A stretch of DNA of 58,957 bases, counting the filler, from Sphacelaria rigidula (lineage: Eukaryota): NCBI GenBank assembly GCA_964200075.2. It is 2 parts of 2 records of this genome, joined end to end, with 100 filler letters (N's around TTAATTAATTAA, not from the genome) between each part and the next. Parts side by side here need not be neighbours in the genome. Positions count along the whole stretch, not along the records: positions 1 to 29,446 come from CAXNAA020000081.1; 1 more part is not named here. One strand, written 5' to 3'. Below are positions 12,801 through 27,800 of the stretch, piece after piece; within the stretch, counting starts at the first letter, position 1; each line of letters begins with the position of its first letter. Both the position numbers and the translations under genes were made by a program. The notes under the pieces were generated by a model, which was not told the DNA's origin, ran no database searches, and saw only the letters and a program-made list of their open reading frames with translations.

Positions 12801-15800
12801 AAGGTGGAGAGAAAGCGGGTTTGATTTCGGTCTTTGGAAGCATGAGGGCGTGAGTACACAGAGGAAGTTTGGCTGACTTCGTTTCCTGAGAGTTGACGCG
12901 GTGCGGTGGTGAAGCACTGATCTAATCCGCGAGACCAAAATGCAAAGCGTGTACCGGGGAGAGATGAGGATCGTCACAAGTTATTCCACCACCAAAGGTA
13001 GGGGAGTCCGCTCTACACGGAGAATGTAGGCGGCATCTCCATTATTGTGATACTATTACGTGCTGTCAATAGTGCTCATGGATAACTGGTGAGGCAGTAC
13101 ACATTGATATTACGAGACCGCAGACTTGTCCTGAGGAAGGGGCGGGGGGGGAGAGCGAGGGGAGGAGTTGGAAGTGTTCCGAAGAAAATGGCAGTGGGTT
13201 GAGCTCGCGGATGAATTGCATTTGCTGAGCTGATCCCGACAAAACTTGGACACCCCTCACTTGTTGAAATTTGCACTTATGGTGGTGGGCGGTAACGTGC
13301 TGGCAATAAGGCTCATGGTTCGCTGGTAAGGCATAACTCGTTCATATTACGAGGCCATAGGCTCGTCCGAAGGAGGGGGGGGGTAGGGTGTACTGATGAT
13401 CTTGCATGCCATAGTCATGAGATCATTGACCTCGCACCCCTACAAAGCCTGGACGGAGCCCGTCGGGTCTTCGCCGGACCAGGACGGGGGTAGGAAGTGT
13501 GACGAGGTGAAGGCAGTGGTTTCAGCTCACAGATGGATTTGCATATGCCGAGCTGTCCCCGACAAAACTTGGATGCCCGTCACTGGTTGAACCTTGCACT
13601 AGTGGCATCAGGCGGTAATCTGTGTGATACTGTCTTGGAATCCCTTGCATGTCTCAACGTTGATTACATTGATCCGCCCTGGTACATCTAGAATCGCAAC
13701 CCGTGGGTGTGTAAAGAGCATGGGTGTGTCGGGTACGGTAATATACCCAGGTATTTCACTGTCCCGAAGCTTTGTGTTGCAGTCGTATGATGGTGATACT
13801 CAACTCAATATCTGAGTGTTTTTGAGTACGACCCTAGTCCTCTTCTCCAGTTTTGGGTACATGGAGTACGATTCTCTACCCAAGTTTTGGGTACTTGAAG
13901 TACAATTTTCAAAATACCCAGATGTAGGATATACCCTATCCAACACACCGCTTATACAGGCGCTCCTGTAGTAGAGACCCCAAAAAATTGGATGGTTTTC
14001 AAAGGGTCAAAGTACCGGTAGCAACACGCGTCCGGATCCCCCCCCTATTTCGAATTTGAAGGGCAGATGTGAACTGTTGTTGATTATATCACCCGAGAAT
14101 GGAACAAGATTTAACCCCGGTACACGCGGTATATCTGTACGTTGCAAAAAAAAAGTTCCGCGCTTCCATGTTCAGGGGATGTGTGTTGTTGTGTTGTCGT
14201 CCTATCTTTTCTGGACGCCGGTCTAGACCTTTCGGTATATGTGGGCGCACCAGCCGGGGTCACACAGGAGGAAGGTCAACACGGGAGCTTTTTATTTTTT
14301 TATTTGATTTTTAGTACTGCACCTTCCTTCTGCGGTGCTCACCTTCATTTTCTATCGCGAGAGGGATTCAGCAGTCCCTTTCCCTCGTCGACCGTTCGTG
14401 TACCAACGATACAGTCGCTCTCCACTGTTGGGCATGGTGTGAGAAAAAATCCCAGATCGCTCCGAGAATCGAACCCACGACCCAACCGTCAGAGGGTTTC
14501 GAGGTTACCAATTGGGCCACCGGGGCGATGGGGGATGGATGCCCTTGGCAATAGAACATTTCGCAGGCCTAGGTTTGTCGACGTCTGTTACATTAATATG
14601 ACGTTGAATTCGAGAAAAACGTGGATGTTGGGTTCGAGTCTCCATGTGGGAGTGCTTACTCTCAGTCCTTACGGTATCCATGTATTTTTCGTTATCGAGC
14701 GTTGGTACGTGAAGAAGAGAAAAAGTGTAGCAACCGTCCCGATAGGTATATTAGTACTAAAGCATAAAAGCCGTTTTGCAGTGAAGTGGTTTATATATTG
14801 TACCCCATTGGTCTCCATATCTCATTTCGGAACAAAATCGTCGGCTGGCGCTCAACACAAGTGATCCCGGTGCTGTAGCCGAGCAGCTATGTAAGGACAG
14901 CAACACTGGATCATATGCTCCAAGGCAACGCAGCATTATGGGTCGTGGCACCCCTGTGCGATTACCGCGGTATGGATGATGACTTCGATCCTTGTGCGGG
15001 AGAAATCAAATCACTTGGTTCTGGCTTTTTTTAACCCTTTTGAAACCGTTGACGTTTTGGGAGGCAAGATATGTTTTTTTTTACAACTCTTGAAGTACGC
15101 AGCGCACCACAACGGTGCACCACTCTGAGTTCAGGTATACCAATGTGACAGATTCGTGCACCGAACTCGAAAGTGACCTTTCCCCCGTGACGAAAGCTCC
15201 CATATGGGGATTTGTATTGTTTTTTGCGAGTTCTGTAGATGCATACAGTTGGGCACACGTCACCCATAGCGTGGTATTATTTGACAAACCACAGTAGAAA
15301 TGGTTGCCGTCGGTCCTTTCTGTTACCATGTTTTCTTCTCTGTCAGGGCTTGAAGTAATCAGGGCGTCTGGCCCGAGGACGGAAGGAAAGGGTTCCAAAA
15401 GGGTTGAGACACCCGTGTGCCATGACCCTGTTATGTGGCAAGGTTAGCATGTTTCGGTCCCTCACGTCTTGTTCAAGTTTTTTTGTTACAACCAACGCTC
15501 ATGCACTTTGACGTGTTCCCAACAGCCGGTCTATGTTGGTGCAAAGAGGGTCCATGGTAAAACCCCCAGCGACTGCCAGAAGGAGTCCTGATTTTTATAC
15601 GAGCTGGATCAGCCTAGAGGCGGATTTGGAGTTTGCAGGCCCATGCTCAGCCCAAATATTTGGAGTTGGAGCGTAGACTTTGGTATGGACAATGCTGACG
15701 GCATTAAAAACAAGTACGTCGGTACCACAACTTTTTTTTTCCATGAGTTGAGGGCATTTTACTGATCCCGGAAAACTGATTATTGCCCGTAACTCATGAA

Positions 15801-18800
15801 GTTTTGGTACCGGCGTAATTTTTTCAATGCCCCATGCATTGTCCATACCAAATTTTACTCTCCAACTCTGAATATTGTGCAGAGCGAACGCCCTGTAAGA
15901 ACCGGATCGGTCGAAATTCGGAACAGTATTCCGAAGGCCACTCACCGGTCCACGTTAGGTTTTCGTGTATCGACATTTTGGGTGGGCGCTCTCTAAGGCA
16001 TAATTAACAACACTCAGTGAGTCAGTTTTTTCTCAAGTATTTTTTTCACTGGTTTAGGGCGTTCTAGCACGGTAAAGACCATTTCTTCACGAGAACGCCC
16101 TAACCTCTATAAAAAAATATGAAATCCCTTTTTTTTTTCATTCGGCACAATTTTGTGGTTCTCCATGCTAACTTCTAAATCACAATTCTAAAAATTGAGC
16201 TAAAACATTGAGACAAGGTCTAAAAGCAATGTTCGTTTCTTCTCAAAACTCCACTAAAGACACTAAAAAAAATGAAAAAAATGAAGAAAGGTATGAAGCT
16301 GTTTCATTTTTATCATTATGCACTAGCAGTTAGTTCACCACACAAAATTTGATGGAGCAGCTCTCAAAAACGGAGACACGATATCCAGATTCGGGGCATC
16401 TAGTGCCTCTGCTCGCCGTATATTGATTTACTATGAAACTTTTGTGCGTCATATCTCGAAATAGATAACAAAGAAGGTAGAGAAGGTGAGGGTATCTATC
16501 GTCTACCCTTGCTCCAGGAAATGTCCACACCAAAATTCGTCGTCATCCGCTAAATGTATCGATCAGGGGTTTCATGGAGATTTAAGTAGGGATGCCATCT
16601 CCGCTAGGTACAGGAATTACTAGACATGGGGTTTAATCAACGTGAAAAATTGGCCCAGATTTTTTAGCAGATGGGCACCTCCCCCTTGATCAGACAATTA
16701 ATACGATATGCAGATCACGGCCCAACTCGTCTGTGTCGTTGAAATATCGCTTTGAGAGCTTAAATCCGTTTTTAGGCTGGCCCAGCTCGTAATTGCAAGA
16801 GAATCTGTTTCACCGAAAATATCAAGTGCAAGAGGAACACGTTTGAGAATATTTGCGTGCGTTGGCATATGACTATGGAAAATAAGTTTGACGTATACTT
16901 GGCTGTCCCATATGATTTTAACCCGCCGGTCGCCAGCCGGGACTCGTCACCTGGGTGTTGCATTCATTCAAGTGAAAATTGATGCCCTTCGGCCGCTAGG
17001 GTGAGTCACTGGTCATGTTGGTCTTATTTTCATGAAAAAAATCACATCCTGGACAAGAAATTCCATTGTGAAGAAGTGTATACCGTAGAGTATCGACTAT
17101 TGCGCTCATCGCAATAGACAATAGATTCCATATTGTGCGCAGTACACATCTTGACAATATAATTCATTGTCTAGGGTGTGAAGAAAATGAGCATTAACCC
17201 TGAGACCGCGATGCGGGTAGTCCATCTGAATCACGCATACTTTTTTCAAGTGAATATTCATGCCGATTCAGGAGGTGACCCACCCTCGCGGTCTAAGGTT
17301 CAAGTCCCAGGTGAACCACCTTGCTAGTGAAAGGGTTGAGGATCCTAAAACGTGAACTGACCCTCTCCCCCCTTATCTCGCCATATACCCATCTCCGTCT
17401 TACGAACCGGAATGAGCCAGGTGGAGAGGAAGACGCTCACGGCGGTACTCATGCAGCGATGTGACGAGGACGAGGCGGAGGGTGGTTGGAGGGTAGCGGG
17501 GTTCGGGGATACGGCTGAGGAGGATTACCTGACGGCTAAGGCTGATGAAGCCGAGGAGGATCGGGGTAGTCTCGTGCTATTCAAGTTTTTCAAGATGGAG
17601 CTGTACCAGGGTGGTCGGTACGTGTGTAGTCGATTGAAGTGATTGGTTGATTGGTTGTTGTACTTCAACTGAGCACCCAGGGGTCCAGCCGTGGTTGCAT
17701 TATAGACCTAACCAAGAAAAGCAAAACTGAACTACTCGCTGAAAAAAAAGGAACAGAAGGGAAAAAAGTCAAACATACTAACATTATAAACTAAGATGTG
17801 AAGAAAATATAATAAAAAGTCGAGTATTTCGTAGACGGTCAATAATTCTTGTTTTATTTTTTTTTGCTTTCCCTTCCCTCCGTGTTTTCCGTCGGAAATA
17901 CGTCGCGGTGTTGATCTGTTTTTTTTTCAGGGTGTGCTTGTGTGTGTTTACATGATGGGGTACCAATCTTTGTTCTTTTGAAGAGGGGATGGGACGAAAA
18001 AAAGGGGATTTTCAACAAGAGATTATTCGTATGTTTTTGGTTGGTCAAGTCGGTCAGCATCCAATTTTCATCTTTTTTCTTGGTCCAACGGTTCTAGAGA
18101 CGGGTATTTTGGTCGGAGCTCTCCCGCTGTACGGCATATATACATGCATGAATATCACGTATAAATTGATACGTGTGCAGACTGACCGAAACAGGTGGTA
18201 CAATACGTAGTGTCCTTCAACTCTGACTTGTTCTGTATGCATTTGAATATTACCCGGTATTCTTGCATGTCCTCCCCCCATTACTATAAAGGACATTCTA
18301 CAAAACAACTCACCGTGAGTTGCCCCCTTTTGCGAGCGGAAAGTTCTGAGAATTTCTCGGAATCTGCGAAGTTCGTGGGCCTCCTGCGGCGTGGTGTTCT
18401 TGAATATGGATAGCCTGTAGTCGTATAATGTATTCATGTTGTTCCGGAATGAACAGGGGCATCTCCAGCGTCAGCTCGAAGATGTACGTGGCTAGAAGAG
18501 GCCATGGGGATCTTGCCTGTTGGACTTGTTGTGTGTTTTTGCCTCCACGCTCAACGCACAATTCCCGTGACCAACCTGGAAAGCATCACAGCGTACTTTT
18601 TCAGTGTGTAAACTGCTGCAGTTTTTGAAAATCAAGTACGCATACAGGCTGGGCCGCCGAAGACGCGGACAGGGATGTGAACACGCGATATATCACAGCT
18701 GAGTTTCAGGTTGTTTTCTATGAAATTTTGACACGATGTACAGGATGTACGTGCCAAGGCGCCGCCTTTTCCCCCATATATATGAATCCGGGGATGAAAC

Positions 18801-21800
18801 TCTACCATCCCTTGTTTTTGGGAACAAATTTCGCCATTGAGTCAGTGTTTCGCAACGCCGTACTCTACGAAAACTATTGCTTCACTTTTTTTTCTTGTTC
18901 AACCCATTGAAATACGTTTTATTTACAACTTTGTTGCGAAAAACTGTTCTGAAATGTTTGGTCGCCGATAACTAACGGGGAGAAAACAAAAATTGTAGAG
19001 GGGAGAAGGTGGCGTCTTCGCACATACATCATGTACATTGTGTCAAAATTTCGTTGAAAACGACCTGAAAGGAAGCTGTTGAATCGCGTGTTTGTGCCCA
19101 AGACTGGTTCCTATGTGGAGATGAACCAGCCACGAAAAAATGAAACGCGGTTATGCTGTTGAATTTTAAGTATTTTTTCACGAAATTTCGACACGATGCG
19201 CATGAGGTATATTTTGAACTCTCTATTATCCCCCCTTGACATGTATTTATATTTTTATGAGTTGTCGACGCTTTTGCACCAGGGGGAACTGTTCCGAAAT
19301 TTAGATCGCCAATTACATACGAGGAAAAGAAAAAGAGGGGGCAAACGGTAGGAGATTCACATATACCCCATTTATACCGTGTCAAAATTTCATGGAAAAC
19401 AACTTCAAATTGAGCAGTGGAATCGCGTTTTTCTGCCGAGAACCGGTTTACTTGCTTTTAAAGGACAATAACCTCAGCCGGAACTTTGACGTTTTATACA
19501 AGCGCGACGCCTTGGCGCGCTGGAGGTCTCGTCTGCGTGCCATCTCAGACACTGCACGCCTGCAGTACGACATGCCTTGTTGTACAACCACAACTAGTGC
19601 AGCACCCATACAACAGAGCTTCCACCACCTCCGCTTTAAGCAGTCGAACTTTCAAAGATAGCTCGGCGTTGGGTCGGTCGTAGAGTTAGGAGCTATATTT
19701 TCGGATACGCGCCCACGCCGCGCTGATACGGCGGTTGCTTTCGGTGGACATTTTCGCATCCGCGCTGATAGCTCCACTAAGGTAGATGCACTTTCCCGTC
19801 TGATTATACCGTTGACCGGCAGCTCTGGTATGTAGAGTGGCCTTCGTGGAACTGGGTACGGACCAAAGGCGCATGGACTCTGTCTTGGTCTCGGAGACCA
19901 TCAGGCCAAGTTCCTGGCAAGTCATCACTATCACGGCCATCATTCGAGCAAGGCCTTCTGAGGTCTTCGAGGCTATGCCGGCGTCGTCCGCATAAAGCAT
20001 GCCAACCCCGCGCGTCGCACCTTTTCCAGTGGTGTCTCTTCCACTGGTTCACCACCGACACCTTGTGGCTTATCATCTAGAAAGACCAAGTCTGAGACGA
20101 TAAGTGGGTCCGCCGCAAACCGTTGGACGATCACTTCCACCAAACCTGCCCCGAAAATGTTGAACAGTGGAGACGAAACGCAACCTTGTCTGAATCCCTG
20201 GCAGACGTCGAACCACGCTGATAGTTTGCCACTATCTAGCTGTACTCGAGCTCGCATGCCGTCGTGAAACATACGGATGTTCTTGATCATTCGCGACGGG
20301 ACTCCGAACCGAGGAAGCAATTGGACCCTGAAATTTGGTATGGACAATGAATAGGGCATGAAAAAAACTCACCTCGGTACCAAGAGGGTTTTCTTTTCTT
20401 CATGAGTTGAGGGCAATAAGTATCAGTAAAATGCCTTCAACTCATGAAAGAAGAAAGCTTTTGGTACCGAGGTAATTTTTTTTCATACCCTATTCATTGT
20501 CCATACCAAATTTCGGGGTCCAACTCTGAATGTATTGAAGAGCATGGGCCTGCAAACTTCAAATCCGCCGTTAGGCTGGCCCAGCTCATACGCACCTTTA
20601 TAGGCCGATGGTTCTCGGTCTTCCTTGGGCCAGGGGTTGAAGAGAAAACGGGTTTGTGTAGACCATGGCTTACTTGCGTAATCGTACCTCAAACTGGGGT
20701 AACCTGTCTCAAGGGGACATACGATCCTTGGCAGAGTATGATGGTGACAAACGTTAAAATAGGCGCAAAACCCGTAGATTGTACACCCATCATCAGGGTC
20801 TCTCGTACTGGGTCGCCTGCGCACTAATTTCGCCACTTGAAAAGAAGAAAACTATGAAGTTGTTCGTAATGTTCATGTTATAGATACGAACGTTGTATGG
20901 GTCTCTATCGTACGACTACTCATGGCTCCGCCGACGAAGAAGCGTCTTCGATTTTTCCTGCTGAAGGCTGCTGTCATGGTCCTGATTGATGCCCAAGGTG
21001 TTCCAAAGTGAGGCGCGATCTTTCTTTTATTATGTAAAGCAGGGATTTGGTCATGAGCCCGGTGGTGATGAGAGTGCCCCTCCCCTGGGCATGACGGCTT
21101 GTTGTCATGCTCTACCGGTTTCCTGGGGTACGTGGGATCTGTCCACAACAGATGCGATCTCCTCAGGATCTCTCTCCCACGTGTCGATAGTGTATTACTG
21201 GTTTCACAGTTTCCCGTTACCTGTGCGTCTTTTCTCTGGTATATGTGTGTATGCGTGTGTTGACTATGCTCGTGCAAATTTTGTGCCTCGTTTTTTTTTT
21301 GTTCTGTGATATTTTGGGTGTTTGCTCTCTCGGCTTGTGTTCCTTACTCCGCTTTTGATTCCCGGAACGACTGTCAGGGAAAATCACGGTCGTCTGCGTT
21401 TTGTCTGCGTGTTCGTGTTTTGCGGGGGGGGGGGGAAGGGCGACGACGTGTTACCCGCCAAAGCTCACCCTCGCGTTACTGTACTCCTGTTCAGGTTTGT
21501 GGTGGATTATGTGGCACAGGTTGGAAGAGGTACGTCTTGTACCCTGTTCTCGTACCCTAAGTGGACGTTGTCCCACCAAGCTACCCAACGTTTTTGTCCT
21601 CCTCCAGCTTCACCTTCAGAACCTTCCCGTTATCACCCATCCGCTAAATTCTGTGGTAAAATCCTATGCCACCTCTATTATTGGCGACATTCAATCCTGA
21701 TCCGTGAATCGCAGATTCCGCCACCTCCCCCCCGACCCCCGATCTTCCACCTCACCTCTGCCTGTCCCCGTCTCTTGCCTTTGTCTTTTGTTCGTCTTTG

Positions 21801-24800
21801 TCTATCGTCTGTAACCTCTCTTGTCTTCTTTTTTTTAATAGGGAACAACGCGCGCGCATGGATGTGGACGAACCGACAGCAAAGGCGGTCGGAGGAGAAA
21901 TTTTACCCATGATTTTTGTGGTCAGCAAGGCCATCGAGTACATCAAGAACCAGATTCTTGACAGGGTGGTGAGTCAAGAGACGAACTGGAAATATGTCAC
22001 ACGTGGGACAGCTCATGCATGCAGTAGACCTGGAGCTTTGGTCGCATATATATATATATATATATATATGATCGACAGCACGACTACTTGATTCTAGAAC
22101 GGAGAAAGTCATGAGAAAATTCATGGTTTGGGGCAGGTGAGCAATGAACCCAGCTCGTTCACAACGTGTCTTTGTCGAAATCGGCGCCTGCGGCGTCGAT
22201 TTCAGGTCTGCCAACGCACACTATGCCGAGGAGAACCTGTGGACCCCCCTTGTCCGGGAGTCTCGTACACCTTGGGTCGAGTAACTAGTCGAAGAGAAAT
22301 CTCAGGCTGATTGGTCGATAAATTGAGTGTCGCACTTCAACTGACCCCCCAGGGGTCCAGCCGTGATCTCATGATGGACGTGTTCCGAAGAAAAACCAAA
22401 CTGAAACACGCTCTGAGAAGAAAAGAGGAATTGAACAGAACGACATAGCAGACTAGGTCATGACAAGAAAAATAAAGTGGTAAAAAAGTGAACATGAGCA
22501 AAGTATATGAACAACTGGCCGACCTAAAACAAGGAAAAAGGAAAAGAAGAGGAAATCACAACGCAAGGGTCCTTGTCCAAAATCAGGGAATACGTGACAG
22601 CAGTGTCCGAGAAGTCAAACCTCCACCTTTGCGGTTCTCCACGTGGTCAGCGTCGAGCTCTGTAAGGGGAGCAACTGTGGAAAATGGTGCCAAATGAGCG
22701 AGCTCATGATTCGGATCAGTACACTGCTCAGAAGTACTATTCAGGTAGCCCATGAGCTGTCCCACGTTTGAAATACTGGACTATACAGCAAGAAAAAGTT
22801 TGAACAAGGAGCTGGGCCAGCTAACAGGGAGTAGTTTTCTCGCCCAGGCGACGCACAGCGTAAAATTCGGAGTCGGACCCTGAGATCTTGACAACAGCTT
22901 ATTATGATCGACATGCAGAACATCTCGAGAGCAGCTAAGAAGAAAGAAAAAGAAGGGGAGTCATGGGGATTTGAAATTTCAGCGAGAACAAGATAACGTC
23001 ATAAGTTCAGGAAAGGTACGAGAATCTGCAGCTGCTCCCGCAATGTATCATTTCCTTGAGTGCAGAAGGTCTTGGGTGAAATTTCAGCTCAAGAGTCGTC
23101 GAATTGGGCCGTCCGTGCACCGTTTGGTGTGACAGCCGCGCCTGTATAATTCAAGTGATACGGGAGAATCCAATTATGGAGGTCGTGAGTTCGAATCCTG
23201 ACATATTCTGCTTTTTTTTCTTCGTTCGTCGTTAAGGTCATATATTATGCCGTACATTTTTTTCATTTTTTTTTCTTCACTCAGCAGCGGTGCCGTGTCT
23301 TATCAGCTCGGTGTACTTCACAGTGATGAGCTTACATCGGGTTCATTCGGGAAACTGGAAGAGCTGTAGTGTGGACAACGTTTAGCCACTTTTAAGCTGG
23401 CCCAGCTCGTAGGCTGGGCTAGGCTGTCGTATTCGTTAGATAAACATATTCTGTCTGAGCTGTCTCCGAAATTAATGGTTGAAGACATGATTGTTTTGTC
23501 GTGGAACCTTGGCGTGTATATCATACTTTTCTGATTTACTCACGCCGTGTCGAAAGTCACGTGGGTTGCATGAGTTGCATGATGAGTATGATTTGTAGGA
23601 GTGCGCGGTATGTGTAACCTCATGGATGAACTTTCTGACGAGTGTTGCACGTTTTTGGGGTATCTCAAACTCGATATTCCCTGATATGTTTCAAGTTGGT
23701 TTACAGAATAATTCATCAGGAACGTCGAGCTTTGAGATACCTGTATTATATTATACACTGGGAGAGGTCCCGGTATGGTACGAGTATCCCTTTGATCGCC
23801 AGAGTAGGTCATACCTTGAATCGGCATCACGTTTACTTGAGAGATGACTGCGTGACCCAGGTGAACTGCCCTGGCGGTCAACGGGTGCAGGAACAGTACG
23901 AAAGTGTGTTGGGTAGGGTATTTCTCACATTTGGGTATTTTGAGAAAACGTACGCTAAGCACCCCAAAATTGGTGAAGTACTGTGGTTGTACCTAACTTT
24001 TCCCAATATTTGGGTAGAGGTTGAGGATCGGATCATCGCAACAATAAGGCCACTTCTTGTGAGAAAAAAAATGATGTCGAAAGGCTTCTTTTCGGCCCTT
24101 CTCTATCGTTTTTAGCCCGAAAAGAGGGCCAGGCAGATGTTGACACCTTGGAATGACTTGTTGTATCTGCTCGCTGAGACCGGTCCAGACACCTCTGCGT
24201 TTTCCTTAGATCACAGTTTCGTTTCTGGCCGAACTTGCATTTTCAATAATAATCAAGTTATTATGATGGCATTTCCCCCTGTTTTTTTATAACTTGACCG
24301 TTTGCATTTGAAAATATAAGTTTGGTCAATAAGACGAAACTGTGATGTACGGGAAACGCAAAGGTGCTATGGCACGGTCTCGATCAGTAGAGCAAGTCAT
24401 TCCAAGGTGTCGGCATCGGCCTAGCCCTCTCCAAGGGCGAAGAACGACGGAGAAGGGCCAAAAAGGCAGTTTGAACAAAAACATTTTCTTTTTTGAACAA
24501 GAAATGGCGTTGGTTCGAGAGAGTGAAAACCCGAGTATCTTACTTACTCAACATACCCTTGGAACACTTGTTGGGTGCCGGCTGGGCCGGCTGATGGTGT
24601 TTTTCGTCGGGGATGACGTGATGCTTAATTTTGAGAGTTTGGCGATGAAATGTGACACGACATTTTTGTTGTCAAGACTTGTAAGACCTCCGGGGGATGC
24701 CCAGAAAAGAAAGGAAACACGATGTTGAAGCGATAAAAATCTCAGCAAAGTAGTGGAAAAAGTTGAACCTCCGTTAAAAAAAAAAAAAAAATCGCAGAGA

Positions 24801-27800
24801 ATCCTGGTTAACTGTCGGCTCAACAGGCCTAGAACTGAACCAAGCGTGAAATTTTGGGTGTTACACCGCGGCGCCCCTGTAATGTACGTGATACAGGTGA
24901 CTTTACTTATGAAGGTCGGCAGTTCGAATCCCGACATATCCTCATTGTTGTCGCTGAACTTGGTTCCGTCGTGTGAGATAATATATTATGCAGTACACTT
25001 TTTCTTTTCTTTTTACAAGCAGCAGAGCGTGCAAGAATGACCAGGTTGGTCTGTGCAGTTCACAGCGATCTGCTTGAATCGGGCTGGTTCTGGAAACTGA
25101 TGAAGTTGTGTGCTGAGGAGTTCTACGTTTTGCGACTGGCGCAGCTCGTAGTCGACGTTGGCATGTACTTAGCAGTGAGGTATTAATAGGCTCACCTAGC
25201 AATCATTCACATGAAGCAGTGAAGTGACGCCTTGTCATTTACTCGCTTTCAAGTGCGTTTGCGTGCCTTCGTCCCTCTCTTCGTTGCTTGTTCGCTGTCT
25301 TCATCTTTCGTGTTTGATTTTTTTCTTTGGTTCTGTTGCCTCTAGGATGTCACGTGTTTCTCCATGATACGTCTCTCCAATTTCGCACCTCACTCGTCTC
25401 TCGGTGTTTGTGTGTGTCTTCGTGATATTGTCGTGTGCAGTCGATGATCGCCCAGGAGGACGATGCTCGGCTGATGTGGGTTGTAACGGTTCCAGCCATC
25501 TGGTCCAACTTCGGCAAACGATTCATGCGTGCAGCGTCACACCGCGCGGGGCTCATCGCGGATGAGAACGATATGCAGGTGATGTGGTCATCCCAAATAA
25601 GTGACCATTGCTGTAGTCATTGTGCTGGATAGGGCACGTGGAAGCCGGATGTAATGAAAACACGCTGTCGATTTGCCCATAGCCGCTGTAATATTGTTGT
25701 GAAATAAACTGGTAACTGTCGCGGATACAATATTCTCAGTGGCAGTGTGTATATACTGTAGCCGCGGTGTTCGTCTCTTGTTTCCCTGCTTGGAACTTGT
25801 CTAGCGGATAGTCGAGCAGCGGATAGTACAAGGTGGTATATTCGCACCGTGGGACAATCATCTTCCAATGTAGTGCGCTTGAAAGTGGTGTCATCTTTCA
25901 CCCGCGAATTGGTTGAACATGCAGCAGGAGATAGCGCGGGAATGAGTCACCGATGGTCAGTCGCTAGTCCGTGAGGCTTTGATGGCCGGGATATTTCACA
26001 CCCTGGACAAAAGATTCTATTGTAAAAAAATATACTGCGTACAGTATGGAGTGTATTGCCTGTTGCAATAGGCGCAATGGTCGATACCGTATGAAATACA
26101 CTTTTTGACCGTGTATTCGATTGTCCAGGGTGTTCAAGATTTGAAGTGCAGCAATGGTGCCGGTCCGCACGGGTGACTTGACTCCGTCTTCCTGTCCTGT
26201 CACTCCGCAACTGCTTGTTACTATTTTGTCATTTTTGAATTAACAGGGTCTGAAGCTCTGCCTAGAGCCAGAGGCGGCGTGCTTGGCCGTGGAATCTAGT
26301 AACCAGGGGGTGGGAAACTGGGTTCCAGGGGATAAGGTGCGCAGCAGGATTCACTCTTCTTCTTGCACATGACGGTTGATCTCGCGTTTTAGACCTGTGA
26401 GAGCGCACGATGCCTCCCCCCCCTCCTCTTCTCTCTCATGTGCGCGAGTTCCAATGGTCGGTCGCGGGTGAAACGTTTGTATTGGTCTGGTAAGGGGCTG
26501 TAATTAACATTCCAAAGATGGGCTGGCCATATTTTTGTCAAGAGACGAAATAACAATTTTTCCAAGGATGAGTATTTTTCCGGCGGAAGTGGTGCCCCTC
26601 TGTTTTGTATACAACTCAATATAGGAACCCTTTGCGGTGTAGGGTAGAAGATCAGCTTTTGATGTTACTGGTGTTGAGCTGACATGCGTTTCGGTATTGG
26701 ATGGAACTCATGACTTTTCAACCCTTGCCGGGTTCCTCTTTACTTTTTTACCTTCACCTTGAATTTGCCTCTGGGATCTTGGCTACCTACTGCTGAGCAT
26801 AGGGGGAGAATTTCAATTGTGATTATTCGAGTACTGTGCAACAACAGCCGCGGTTCGATTCCTTGTGACTTAATACATCATGTTGCTGTTGTTGTTGTTG
26901 ATGCTGCTGCTGCTGCTGCTGCTGCTCGTTTTTACTAATGCATACGAAACGCACAAATGTGATATCAGGTGATGGTGCTGGACTGTGGTGGCGGTACTAT
27001 CGACATCACGTCCCACTTGGTGGAGAGCGCGGAGCCCTTGCAGCTCAGCGAATTGGCGGAGCCGTGCGGTGGGGCTTGGGGTAGCTCCATCGTTGACGCT
27101 CGATTCAAATCCTTCCTCCAGGTGTGCTGTACACTCGGCGTAATTTGTTCGTGATATGTTTTGAAGGGTTTGTGTCATCATCCGTTCAACAGACGAATTT
27201 TATTGATTCGAGGGTCATGTTGTATAATAGTTGTTTACGAGCCGGTCGCCCCGGTGGTTCATTTGGTCGACCTCATCGAACTTCTACGCCCTAGTCAAAA
27301 GATCACGTTGTCAAAAAAATTACTGCGTACAGTATGGTTTATTGCAATATACGGAATAGTCGACACTGTACGCAGTACACTTTTTGAAAATGTCGTCCGT
27401 TGTTCAGGGTGTGCAACCTACCCTGACGGTTATTAGGACGTGAGCTCGAATCTCTGTAAAGGTCACATGCATTGCAGTTCTTCTGACAAAATGTTGTAGT
27501 AGGGAGCGGAAAAGCGATTATTTCGTGAGTTGAACACGGGTCCTGCTCAACCACGGACGATGGAAATTGACGACAGAACCGTTCTCGCGATAAAACTTCA
27601 GGCAAGCACCGCAGAAGGGAGGTGGAGAAGAAAAAGGAAAAAAAACGATGTGTAACCTCGGCTGGTGCACCGACGTGCCCCGGACGATGTAGGCATCCAG
27701 CATGAAGGGGACGAATGCACCCACATATATACATCCATACACGCGCGTGGTGTGGGTCATTGTCTTTTTTTGTCCCCTTGAAGGAAGGAGGAAACCCCAC

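Noticed and set aside
14142..14864. Longest ORF in the track (240 aa)
   Set aside because: It is antisense read-through of a SINE copy; the same pseudo-peptide appears at other SINE copies.
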